Assembly: GCF_964204645.1 (NCBI RefSeq)
Contig: NC_134034.1
Location: forward strand, 12,164,962 to 12,228,961
Reading direction: 5' to 3'
Origin: Tubulanus polymorphus
Lineage: Eukaryota > Animalia > Nemertea
Length of the DNA: 64,000 nt
Shown here in pieces: positions 1 to 13,430 of the stretch; position 1 is the first letter of the stretch, and each line of letters begins with the position of its first letter. The position numbers and the translations under genes are program-made. The notes below the pieces were generated by a model. It saw nothing but the letters and a program-made list of their open reading frames with translations, searched no databases and had not been told where the DNA came from.

Positions 1-2314
1 AAAATATGGAACTGGATTCCACATTTCTGAGTCTAATTAATTTCATGCTTTAATAGTTAAAACATTATAAAGATAAGCTGCTGATATCTCGAAGGGTATC
101 GCGCAGTGGCCGCGCAAACAAGAGAAGCCGATTGCGACAATAGAAACAATTTTGGGAGAGGGGAATAATATTGGCGCGGCTTCTCTCTCTCTCTCTCTGC
201 GATGACGCCGGTATAAAAACGGTTTCCCGGTTGGTTCTAAAGAATCGAGTTTTCTTTGCGAATTCCTTTATTTACCTCGCTTTTATACGGGGATTAGATT
301 CATAGTGAATTAAAACGCAAACAAAACCGCCGCCAGCAACTCGATGGAGACTGAAACGGAGGGAGGGAGGAGACGGAGAGGGCATGGGGGGAATTTTTAC
401 GCCCCATTCAAAAACGAGCATGATATCGTTCGAGGGCATGAGTCGTTTCGCGGCGGCGCAGTTGGGGTAATTTTTAATGGGCCTCGTCGTCGTTACGCCG
501 GTAACGCGACGGGTTCGTGAAAGAACGCGCGCGCCGATCATCATAGCGCCTCATTCGGCGTTGTCGTTTCGAAAACAGAAATTCCTCAGCGGACGGTGAC
601 GACGAGACTCTTCCGAGAGACGATCTTAATTTCGACTGCCGCTCGCTGCGAACAACAAGAATTCGAGTCGGTGACACACGATTTAGTTCAAAGCAGTCGC
701 GGAGAAAATATTCCGGCAGCCTTAGAACTTCAGAACCAGGCAACAAGCTAATTACCGATTGAGTGGAGAGAACGACCGTTAAGAAGGCTAACTGTATATC
801 GAAACTAGTTGGGAACGCGTGGCCGGATTTGTTTCATCGGCGCAATCGAGGCAGCTAAGAAAAAAAAAATCTCAAAGGACATCAAAACGACAATTATGAT
901 TCTGTACGGGTTTTTTTTTCTGTAAAAGTAACATGACATTTAAAGATGGCCGACGGTCTTCAGAAGTTCTGTCGGTTTGAAAGTGAATGAAAGAAGGTTT
1001 TTACGTCGTTTATTAAGTAGGTTAATTTCGAAGAGCATTTCCCGGCGGGCTTTTGAAGGCAAACATGAAAATGAATTATTTTGTTTATCTCTCCTTTAAA
1101 ACTACACTCTAGTTGTACTAAATCTTGTCTTCCCCGCGCAATGTCTTCTCAAATGTATTACCTTATATTTAGCCATTAATCTTTAAATCTCGTAAAAAGT
1201 TTCATACGAAAAATCGTATCGTCGTCGTTCTAGAAAATGTCATCGGGTTCGAATCCCGGATTATCGTACGCGATAACGAAAATAATTTTCTGACGCCGAA
1301 AAAAATAAATGCAATCTATTTTCTGAATGCGCTCATGACGTCTGACGTTCGGTAATCAATTCCAGTAGAAAGTAGAGCTGAGTATTCGCAGACAGCAGCG
1401 CGTCATCTGACATTTTGACGTAACAATATCGTCATTTTCAACCGGTACATATTCATGCCCGGATTGTGTGTATATTATACATCCTACGCAGAAATTAATT
1501 AGCGATAATCGATCTTTGATCGGACGCGATCGCTATTCCAAGCTCAATGACCCGGGGTTCGACCTCGATCTTCATTCGCCGCGCCGTGTACGGATAAGAC
1601 CGCAAGCGGGATCGATTTGATCGGGTTCGAGTCCTTTAATTCGTTTGTTCTTGGTATTCGAAACTTCTTCATTTTCTGTTATACCACTGGGGCATGTCAC
1701 TGATAAATTGGTTAGAGTTAACCAGTGGATAATTCATTGTTACTACGGTATCTATCCGCCGGTACGCGGTTATCTTTAACCAATTTTTGAACAAAAATAA
1801 TAGGCCCAGAGTGTTTACCGACAGCTAAGTTCAATCGCAAACCTTCGGGAATCTCCGGAAAGCACGAATGATCTACGAACCGAGATTCTCGACATCGGAA
1901 AACGTCGTTAAACATCGGAAATATCCGAGACTTTCACATCCGTATCCTGTCTATATATTTCACTATTGTGATAATTTCTACAGATCATCAGCTCGAAAGA
2001 CAATGTTTACCTATTCGTTATATCAATAACAGACGGACCTTCTAGACACTTTGAAGAATGGCGGGGAGGCGGGGAGGCGGGGAGGCGGGGAGTGTGATAA
2101 ACTCGGGGAAAAGGGGGTTGGATGTGGCAGTTAATGTCACAAACACAGAACCGATGAATAATGTAGTCACAGGTGACTGGAGAGAGACTGATCACATCCG
2201 TACTCGGATTTATATAAGTCTCTCTGAAGCTGATATCAACATTTTCTACAGTCATAGAGCCGTCAATCATAGTTCTCTGAGATAATACACAACCAACCAG
2301 TTAATCATAATCCC

Positions 2315-2470
2315 TGACTGGCTGCTGGCTGAATGACTGGCTGGCTGACTGACTGACTGACCGACTGACTAGCTGGCTAGCTGACTGACTTACTGGGGGC
2401 TGGCTGGCTAGCTGATTGACTGGCTGGGGGCAGGCTGGCTGGCTGGCTAGCTTACTGACTGACTGACTGG
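2315..2470. repeat. (CTGG/CTGA)n tetranucleotide microsatellite
   Basis: Direct reading. Confidence 0.85.
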
Positions 2471-3016
2471 AATATAGATCCGACTAATCAACATTCGGTT
2501 TTACTTGGTTCAGTCGACTAAACTCCGATAACCGAATATAGAGGGCGAGCCTAGTTACCCGGATGTCGCAGGAACGAATCCCACCAGCGAGTTCAGCTGA
2601 ATTGACATTTTAGGTCGAATCCCATTATTCTCGTTTCCTATCGTACAGATCTTTCTTTACATAGATATCATATTAAGGTCTAAAGCCTATTCTCTGAACC
2701 GGAATAGATCGTCAGTACATTCGATACCTGGGCTCCATTAAACTCAGTTAACAAGCAATTTAGATATCACCCGCGGCATTCCGAATATCATTTGTTTGAT
2801 GATAATACGCATTTAATTATTAACAGATCGTTTTCTAACCGACCCTAATCGATCATCGTCATCGGCAGAACATGGAGCACCAGTACCAGAATCAGCACCA
2901 GCACCACCGGTAACAGCCATTGGGTCGCATTACTGTGAGAACTGCAGTCGTATTAAACCCAAATAACTGTGGAACTGGATTCAGAATCAAATTAAACCCA
3001 AACAACTGTGGAACTG

Positions 3017-3107
3017 GATCCAGTTCCACAACTCTGAGTTAAAATTAGTTCATTTTCAATGAGTTAACTCAAAGTCAAATCTTAACTCACAACTGTGGAA
3101 CTGGACC
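3017..3107. mobile_element. Short MITE (second family, CWG-type TSD)
   Basis: GATCCAGTTCCACA…TGTGGAACTGGACC inverted termini flanked by CTG on both sides; relatives at ~37612-37720, 43225-43322, 43605-43705. Confidence 0.6.
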
Positions 3108-3430
3108 CTGGTTCCCAAGTCAAATCAAACCGACGTGAAACTGGTTCGAGAGTCAAATCAAACCTACCCCAGACTGTTGAACTGGGTCAAACTGTGTATT
3201 GAGTTCAAGGTTTCCACATCGTGACCGTTTATTTCGTTCGTAAAAGATTCAGCAGTAAATGTTTCCGCATTTCACGTATCGACAGACGGGGCTGAACGCG
3301 CAGTCCACTTAAGAAAAAACCGGTGGCGGGAAATTTAATACGTCTGCCGTTAATTGATGGAATGAAATCGTTATGTCTGCACCGAAACGTCGTAGAACAA
3401 CCAGCAGCTAGCTTCTAATAGGTATTATAC

Positions 3431-3775
<345 letters not shown>

Positions 3776-5664
3776 CACAGGTTGTTTTTCGCATTTTTGT
3801 AATTGAATTGAGAAATACCAGTAAAATACATCTGTTACAACGCCACCAGTTTATGAAACCAACGAGTGACATTTATCTGAAAAACTCTACGCCGTTGTTA
3901 TTCAATACTAAAAATGCGTCATCGGAACCGCTGCGAAGGCATAATAATAATATTACAACAGCAGTTTCTATTTCCTTCAGAGTTAACAACCATACGGTTT
4001 TGTTTCACTAACGAGAAAAAAAAACTGCGCCACGTTTTTGAAACCAGTTTGCAAATAGTATAAAATCTCCGCATATATTACATGGAATAAAAGGAGTCAG
4101 AAATGTTTCCATAAACATTAATCTATTCGGCGTTTCGAGTGTATCTTAGAAAGGTCAGGTTTAGATATACAGTACTCCATAAGATGACTATTAGATGTAG
4201 TCGAAACGTTTGAATAAACCGCAATAGCTAAAGGAAACATTTCAGACTCTTTTTAGTGTCGGATTTTAAATCATGTTTATAATACGGATTCAGAATATGT
4301 GATCTTTGATTCGAAGGATCGGTATAAGTTCGAAGAAAAGTAAGATCGATTCAAAGAGAACCCCCTCGAACCGGTTCTTTGAAGAACCTTCGGAAGATCT
4401 TCCATATATGAAAGCCGATGAAGAACCCAACATCTGTTCTAAGAGTGTGGAACCGAAATAGGTACCGACTGATCCCAGAACTTATGATAAAACTGATATA
4501 GCAATGATCGTCATGAATATTTCAAGACCAAATTTTTCTACATTTTAGTCTAGGATTGTAAGCCACATATACAGCGCAGCGTCACCGATAAGACTCAATC
4601 ATTCATACGTAGATTCGTGATAGAAAATGTCAATACCTGCTTAATTGGAATGAGTATATAGATGTTAATCCTATAGAGGAGGCGTAGCGCAGACGGCATC
4701 AAACGTGTGCTGAATCTATATGAAATTACCACATGTTACCCTCACCTTGTTTATATGTATACATATATACAATATGATAATACAGAGACAGTATTAATAT
4801 CTATATATATATATATGAATGCGTGGTTTGATCATGTAAAATCACATCTAGACAGCGAATTGACATCTAGACGGCGTCGGTGCTGGTAATATTATTTATA
4901 TATGCAAACTACTCCAGACAGCAGAGCTTGTTTGCAGGTGAGAACAGCGGTAAAATACAAAAAAAAACTTTTTTTTTTTTAAATTTTTTAGTATGCACGC
5001 CAATTAAAACTGAAGTCTGACCTATCCTTTGAGCAACTGCCTCCGCCCCCGCCCCTCCTACTCCTTTTAAACAACACTGAATGAAAATGACGGTTAACAT
5101 TAAAACATCTTTCGCCAATGACACCAATACAGCACCCCGTACAAGAGGTAAGCCCGCAAACTTTCAGTGAAAAAAAATCAATTATGACGTCATTAGGAGG
5201 ATGCTATGGAAGCAGCCATCATAGACGATGAATTCGAGATATTTAATGCGACTGGTTTCGATCGAATGAAGTCGATCAGTGACGGAAATCAATATTTCGG
5301 TACTCGGGCGGCCGGAGAGACAGTAAGAGCGGAGTGAGTGCGGTCACTGGTCAAGATGACGGACGATCGCTCTTATAAATACTGACCATTAATGGACGGT
5401 CAACTTCTCACAGTCACTTAGTCTTACTTCAATATGAATACAATGAGTTTGACCTCTGTGCACTGTCGGGAAGCAACGATCAGCCGATATAGCACGATCA
5501 TATAGCAACTAGACTTAACTATCAATTTACATCGGCAAGGACCAACATACACAGTGTTAGCGAGTCCAATGAATATCAATTCATTTCATAATCTATCAGT
5601 GAAATATAACAAAAACTCCCGAAAATTCTACCTATTTCTACTGTAGGATTCTCACTTGACGCGC

Positions 5665-6090
5665 GTGAAATCCTCTATTGCCGCAGTAGTTGGTGTCCTA
5701 CTGTATGTACACTAGCGACTGCTAGTGGGTCCTCACTCGCCACAAGTGGAATCCTCTATTGCCGCAGTAGTTGGTGTTCTACTGTACACTAGCGACTCCT
5801 AGTGGATCCTCACTCGCCACAAGTGGAATCCTCTATTGCCGCAGAAGTTGGTGTCCTACGGTATGTACACTAGTGACCCCTAGTGGGTCCTCACTCGCCA
5901 CAAGTGGAATCCTCTATTGCCGCAGTAGTTGGTGTTCTACTGTACACTAGCGACTCCTAGTGGATCCTCACTCGCCACAAGTGGAATCCTCTATTGCCGC
6001 AGAAGTTGGTGTCCTACTGTACACTAGCGACTCCTAGTGGATCCTCACTTGGATTTGTCATCTGGAATCATCTATTGCCGCAGTATAGTC
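5665..6090. repeat. ~80-bp tandem repeat, ~5 copies
   Basis: Unit GTGGAATCCTCTATTGCCGCAGTAGTTGGTGTCCTACTGTACACTAGCGACTCCTAGTGGATCCTCACTCGCCACAA; diverged reverse-orientation relatives at ~46730-46930. Confidence 0.9.
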
Positions 6091-8196
6091 GATGGTCCTA
6101 TTGCACCCTAGAATGCCCTCTATTGCCACAGTAGCTTTGGAGGCGTTCCCCATTCCGGTCACGCAGGTTTCGACATTTTGAACTATCATTTATTTACGAT
6201 CCATTAAAACCGGTCGAGGACGCGTGCGCCTGTACGCCTCACTAGAATCAACCACTCCAGCAGAGAATACTAAAAAATTTGAATATCGATCTCAATACAC
6301 GTCCTCGCGCCAAAAGAAGTGGTTGAGCGAGGGGAGGGGGTGGGTTGGCGGGCGGGCGGTTATCGATCTTAAATCGAGAATCGGATTTCAAATTCGATTT
6401 TCTGGTCGCGCTGATTGAATGCTGGAATCTGCAGCCGGTTTTGTATTACGGGAGTGTAGTTTATTTACGACAGACGCCACAGTGTGAATTATGATTACCG
6501 AAACTCGTATTTCAAATTTTCTCGTCCGGATTTAAACGATTTCGAGAGTCGGATTTCTTCAGTTTGAAATTAAGAAGAATTTCATCGAATTTTATATCCT
6601 TTTTTTTTTTCATTTTTACGCAAACTCAAAATTTCGATTGTTTGTAGTTTCGTTTTATTTGAACAAGAATAACGAGGTGGATTTTTCATTCGCGATTTTG
6701 ACAAATCGTTTAGGGAGTAATTTCTCAGATTTCGCAGCTCAGGTCCGAAAAAAAATCCTAATACGTTTAAAAAGTTAGAAAACCAAGTTCGATTTATTAA
6801 GTTTTGTCGAATTTAGGCATGTCTGGTGCTAGACGGTAAGCTTAGTAAAATCTTGGATCCATTTCCGCGGTTAATTAAGGACGTACTGACGGAACGAGTG
6901 TATAAGTGAATGAACAGGAACTCTAACCACGTTTCACTGAAGAAATGATTCACGAACCGAGAAAAAGACTTCAAACAGAATGAGATTCAGTCGTTTTCGC
7001 TGAACACGAAAACATACCGCACGGGAACCGCTTGTGTTTGTTACTTCACAAGTGTTAAAAAATTTGTCGTAATTTATGAATTCTTTTGATAAGATCATCG
7101 ATACCGATAAACTGTTACTGTTCAGATAAAAGCGTCGCCCGCCAACAACAACACAGACCCGGTTACAACATGTCCAACCATCCGTCGATTTGCTGTTTTG
7201 TTTTTTTTTCTCGCGTTCTCTCGCCGAACCTCGCGAGATGGTCGGTTATCGATGATTTTCGTTGTAGCAAAACAGCGTGAAATTGACACCGTCGCAACGA
7301 ATACAAAACTAAACGGATATTACATAGACTAACCCACGCCCGTTCACTCGGCTGAATTGATCCGATGAAATGTTAATACGGAATTTGTCGATGTCACATC
7401 AGAGAAATAATTATTTTTTTCTTATAGCAACTAGGGCTTATTCGAAACATGTAGAATTCGGACGTATTTCTTCTATTAAAGATGTCCGCCTCCTGAGAAT
7501 CCTATTGACGTCGCAAAAAAACGTCAATGTCCTTACTTTGAACTGACGAATAGATCGATTTTGCACAAAACCCGAATGAACTGAATCTAATTTACCCTCC
7601 TTGTAAAGAAGGCTACCTCAACAAAATCCGACCCTTCAGACATCGGGAATAGCGCCAGCATAGATAATTTCCTGAATTATGAAATTTCCTTTCCAAGTTT
7701 TCAGATATTAAGCATGTACACATATTAATATCGTGAATGTATTCTCCTCTGAGGGCTGATTTTGTAAACTAAGCGATGTATTTTGCGAACTGCACTCGAG
7801 GCGTTGCGAAGTATGCGCTCCTTATTTACCGACAACAATAACCAGGAAATAAGTCCCGATCCGCGTTTTCTGCAGAACCGACGAGCGGCAGAAAACAGAC
7901 TTTCCGCTCGGTAATGCACGCGTAAGTGTTTACTTCCGGTTAGTTTACCGAGCAGAGACCCGTCTCCGCTAACCATTTCACACCGGAACTCAATACCAGT
8001 ACTCACAATTCGGTGACGTCATATTAAGTCGGCAAAGCGGAAATAGAACGACGTGCTTGTGTTGACGTCGGGTCAAGGTCACTCGTTCGAACAGTAAAAT
8101 CTAAAAAGGCGTATGCATAGAAAAACCGGGTTTTAGTTTTTCAAACTGAGGTTTCAATCGACCGTATTCCAGTTCAGGAATAACAATTCCAACAGC

Positions 8197-9082
8197 AAAC
8201 TCTCTACCGGCCGCTCTATCACGTTTACAGATTGCAAACTCTCTACCGGCCGCTTCTATCAGGTTTACAGATTACAAACTCTCTACCGACCGCTTCTATC
8301 GGGTTTACAGATTACAAACTCTCTACCGGGGCCGCTTCTATCAGGTTTACAGATTACAAACTCTCTACCGGCCGCTTCTATCAGGTTTACAGATTACAAA
8401 CTCTCTACCGGGGCCGCTTCTATCAGGTTTACAGATTACAAACTCTCTACCGGGGCCGCTTCTATCAGGTTTACAGATTACAAACTCTCTACCGGCCGCT
8501 TCTGTCAGGTTTACAGATTACAAACTCTCTACCGGCCGCTTCTGTCAGGTTTACAGATTACAAACTCTCTACCGGGGCCGCTTCTATCAGGTTTACAGAT
8601 TACAAACTCTCTACCGGCCGCTTCTATCGGGTTTACAGATTACAAACTCTCTACCGGCCGCTTCTATCAGGTTTACAGATTACAAACTCTCTACCGGCCG
8701 CTTCTATCAGGTTTACAGATTACAAACTCTCTACCGGCCGCTTCTATCAGGTTTACAGATTACAAACTCTCTACCGGCCGCTTCTATCAGGTTTACAGAT
8801 TACAAACTCTCTACCGGCCGCTTCTATCAGGTTTACAGATTACAAACTCTCTACCGGCCGCTTCTATCAGGTTTACAGATTACAAACTCTCTACCGGCCG
8901 CTTCTATCAGGTTTACAGATTACAAACTCTCTACCGGCCGCTTCTATCAGGTTTACAGATTACAAACTCTCTACCGGCCGCTTCTATCGGGTTTACAGAT
9001 TACAAACTCTCTACCGACCGCTTCTATCGGGTTTACAGATTACAAACTCTCTACCGACCGCTTCTATCACGTTTACAGATTG
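8197..9082. repeat. 40-bp minisatellite, ~22 copies
   Basis: Unit CAAACTCTCTACCGGCCGCTTCTATCAGGTTTACAGATTA; explains the 307-aa ORF at 8232. Confidence 0.97.
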
Positions 9083-9769
9083 CACTAATTCCGGAATAGG
9101 TAGAAACAAACCCATCAGAGGACGCTCATGTGGACTATCGATCATTTTACACTGATTTCACTAAGAAAATGTGTATCATTTTAATACAATCACAATATCT
9201 ATAGTGCTCTGTACAAAGTAAAATGTCGAGCTCAAAAGCAATGACTATCATTTCTTCTTTCGACTTTTGATGAAATTATACATTTTCTATAGAAACGTTT
9301 TAAATCCACCAGCACCTCCGGCGGTTATCACATTCGATATTCTAGTTGGTGATTACATATTTTTTTAGGCTGGAAAAAAAATGTCATCGAACTTTCAGCC
9401 CGATAATTTGTCTTGCTCGTAGATGTAAAGTAAACGTCGAAGATTCGCACGATCCCGATATCAATTTTCACACCACGCGTTATTTCTTAATACGGTCAAT
9501 CGTCGCTTCAGCTGCTGCCACGCGATCGGTGAGATTATGATTTTAGCGGTAACCGGAACCACACGGGTGTGACGGTATGAAAAATCAATCGGCTCCGCGC
9601 ATCAAACCCATAAAAAACATAATCGTACCAGATCTGACTAGATCATACCGGTTCTGACCAGTAAGCCGAAACACAATAATATGTAGTTAGATAAGGATAA
9701 ATTCCCTGTAAAATATAGAATTCATTGCAATTTAGTTGTTTACCCTGATAATTAGGCGAGGCCCTGTTT

Positions 9770-9985
9770 CCAAAATTGTGCTGGTTTAATTTTGATTCTG
9801 GACCCAGTTCCACAGTTGTGCGGGTTTAACTTGATTCTGGACCCAGTTCCACAGATAACGTGTGGGTTTATTTTGACTCTGAACGCAGTTCAACATTTCG
9901 ACCCTGACCCAGTTCCAAAGTTGAGGGGGGGGGGGTAATTTTGATTCTGGTCCATGTTCCACATTCTGCTTGAAGTAAGTTTCAT
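9770..9985. repeat. MITE-terminus-derived minisatellite (reverse orientation)
   Basis: GATTCTGGACCCAGTTCCACAGTTGTGCGGGTTTAA units; reverse complement of arrays at 44205 and 44920. Confidence 0.75.
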
Positions 9986-11356
9986 AATTGCGTGGGGGAT
10001 TGAATACTATATCATCGTCATCTAGTTGATAAAATAAACTTGTTCTATGCTGTAAATTATTTATATACACCTCTGCCGTCTATAAATAGCTCATCTCGCT
10101 TATCGCCTGTAACGCAATAAACTATTTACAAAATACATTTCCTTCATACGTCAGGTTTATATTCGCTTAGAGATATTTTCCATCATTTTTTGTGTCTGCG
10201 CATTTATCGATTGCACGCGCCGGCGATGAATTGCTTTCAGAAGTCATCTTACACCGAAACATGCGCGGATGATGGGTGTGTATATTGTAAAGAAGTCAAA
10301 CGCAGGTCATTAGTTGAGTCGTGTATGATAAAAATACATTGTCGCTCGAACATCAAAGTTCCTGCCAATTATGTTATTTTCTTCACATCTACGATCTGAG
10401 AACTTTGTCGTCTAGACAATTCCGACTCTGGTACTCGAGGATCCGCTAGGTGCGCTTATAGTGATAAGCATTGTTATCGCCAAGTGTCAGTTGATGGTTC
10501 CTCCTCTGGCACTCGAGGGCCCGCTTGGTGCGCTAGTTGTAAGCATTGCTATCGTCAATGTCAGTCGAGGATTCCTTCTCAGATATTACCCCGAATTTTA
10601 CCCTAAACATATTCAAAATGGCGATGAATAAGATACGGGTTACTGATGTAACGTAAGAGCAGCTGCTTTTGAAACACTGCGAGATGCCGCGAGATTATGC
10701 GAGACTTGCGCGAATATCTCTAACTTCAAAGCCGAGTAAAATTATCGTTAAAATCGCACTTTCGTTTCGTCGATTTATCAATACTTTCTGTCTGCCGTTA
10801 TTATTAGCATTTTCGATTGGCCATTTTTAATTGGTCTCGCAGTTACTCGACATATGTCGTCGAAAAGGCGAATCAAGCCGCGCTTTGACATTTAACGGAT
10901 ATAAAACAAGTCTAAATATGTGTCATAGATACAGATAAAATGCCTCGATAAAACTGAGTATGGATTTGTTTAACAGAAGATCAGGGGGCGGATAATACCC
11001 CCTCCTCCTTCCTCCCAACTCATCCCTGATGATACCCGTATATGGATGATTACGAGGGATTTAAAATCTGATTTCATTTCTCATGAAATCGATGACTATG
11101 ACGTCATAATCGTCTGGTATTTATTTGTGAAGGACGCGTGGAGTCGAAGCGACAATGTTTGTTGTAACCGCGTATTGACGCGGATGTTGTATCGCACTAA
11201 CACCGCTTGGAATTTGCGCGATTTTACATTTCACTGGTCATCATTATTTCCGCGTATTATTGAAAATCAACACGCTATATAGCTATATATCAGCCTCCGT
11301 GGATATACAACACACAGGAGATCTTCCCTGGTCGGGTATAGACGCTCGTCACCGCG

Positions 11357-11960
11357 CGCAGAGCGACCATCACTGAGATCATCACGTTCTCCGGGAACCC
11401 TCAATTCGGGTCGAGTAAAGATCGTGATGGATAGAGCGCTCCTCACCACGCAGAGCGACCATCACTGAGATCATCACGTTCCCCGGGAACCCTCAATTCG
11501 GGTCGTGTGAAGATCGTGATGGATAGAGCGCTCCTAACCACGCAGAGCGACCATCACTGAGATCATCACGTTCTCCGGGAACCCTCAATTCGGGTCGAGT
11601 AAAGATCGTGATGGATAGAGCGCTCCTCACCACGCAGAGCGACCATCACTGAGATCATCACGTTCCCCGGGAACCCTCAATTCGGGTCGTGTGAAGATCG
11701 TGATGGATAGAGCGCTCCTAACCACGCAGAGCGACCATCACTGAGATCATCACGTTCTCCGGGAACCCTCAATTCGGGTCGTGTGAAGATCGTGATGGAT
11801 AGAGCGCTCCTCACCGCGCAGAGCGACCATCACTGAGATCATCACGTTCCCCGGGAACCCTCCAATTCGGGTCGTGTAAAGATCGTGATGGATAGAGCGC
11901 TCCTCACCAGGCAGAGCGACCATCACTGAGATCATCGCGTTCGGCCGGGACCCTCAATTC
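11357..11960. repeat. 92-bp tandem repeat, ~6.5 copies, alternating A/B variants
   Basis: CGCAGAGCG starts at 11541 and 11633 (period 92); alternating TCT/CCC, GAGTAAA/GTGTGAA and CTCACC/CTAACC variants. Confidence 0.95.
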
Positions 11961-13064
11961 ATGGATCTTCCGCGGGATCTTACGCTTTCGATTCCCGGGT
12001 GACTGAACGACCGATTCCTTTCATTTTCTGAAAAATAGAAAATGCGCGCACGGTCGCAGCCGTCCGAATAGAATATTCCTGCGACAGATAATATGAAATT
12101 CGTTCTTTTCTTCTTATTGTTGTTTTTTTGTCTGGAATGATGAGAGACAGCTGGTAAAACACATCGACGCGCAGTATGCGACACAGATGCCGCTTTCATA
12201 CACTCGATACGATTGAATAGTTATTGTGACAGTCGACTGACAGTAGAACAGCGCTGATACACGCGCCGCAAAAAAACAAAAAAAAATATCTAATTCTCAC
12301 CAGTAAATATGAATAGTTACTGAAATACGAGTGAATGAAGACATGAATACAGTTTCATGAAAATCGATCATATCAGAATTTCGTGTCTACATCACATCCG
12401 GAAACAGTGCGTCCGTACGGAAGGGGCGGATTCGAAGGGAGTATGCAGGGCTGTGATCCCAAAATGTCAAACCGCACGTGAATATGAAAAAAATATTAAA
12501 CTGATTCCTAAAAAAGTTTTAATTCATAAGTTTGTCCCGTATTTAAAAAAAATGAGTTAATGTTTTTTCAGATGAGCCTTTTTTCGGGGTGCCCTATGGT
12601 GCGCACTATTTTGGGAATCGAACCTTCCCCGAGTCAGAACCTAGATCCGCTCCTGGCTTCAGGAAATAGGATCTAATGCCGTCCGAACAGCCTCGGGCGC
12701 GCGGTTAGCTGCGATAAAAAAAAAACATGTGATTGAATTTTCTAAGCGAATGCGGCGATTCCGATAACGAATCGAATCAGCGGGCAATTCAGAGATATTA
12801 TCAGTTTATTTATGTGGTCATCTTCTCTGAGATTAACGCTTATGATCGAATCAATCACCGACATAATAAGATGAAATGGTTTGTTGTGTGAGCATCTAAC
12901 TCGATTATAGGTGTATTGCCTATATTCTAGATCTGGTTTAGTCGTAATGTATAAATTGTTGAAATTTATATCTGAAATAGATAAATCGATCAATGAAAAT
13001 GGTAAGAATTATAGTTCGTTTTCATTGCCTTAAGATAAAAATAACCGTCAAGTCAAATTGTATA

Positions 13065-13430
13065 TATCGGGATGGCACGGAGACGATTTGGCCTGGGCCA
13101 AATTGGCACGGATCGGGCTCGAGTCAAATTCGGCGCGTGTCCATAAAGCGCGTTCACACGTAAACCACTCACTCGGTACTAAACAATGCTTTGAAGAAGC
13201 GAAGTACGTCATTTCCGGAACCAATTGCAATTCACACTTTGTACTTTGACCCATGCTGACATTGTGTTCGAGCCTGGTCCGACGTATTTGGTCGGGCCAA
13301 ACAGGCACGGGCACATCAGTTGTTTCGAGGCAAAAATGCTCGTGCGATCGTGGCTCATAGCAACTGCGGAACTGGGTGTATTGAAAGTCAGATCGCCGTA
13401 TGGATGGAACCACGTATCTGCGACATAATT
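13065..13430. mobile_element. Dispersed non-autonomous repeat (copy 1)
   Basis: CCAAATTGGCACGGATC.GGCTCGAG.CAAATT.GGC…GCGCGTT.ACACGTAAACCACTCACTCG.TACTAAACA shared with 31065-31430. Confidence 0.6.

Noticed and set aside
8232-9155. 307-aa ORF
   Set aside because: Translation of a 40-bp minisatellite lacking stops
5665-11960. Regularly spaced repeats as CRISPR arrays
   Set aside because: Units are contiguous tandem copies without unique spacers; eukaryotic context; no cas genes
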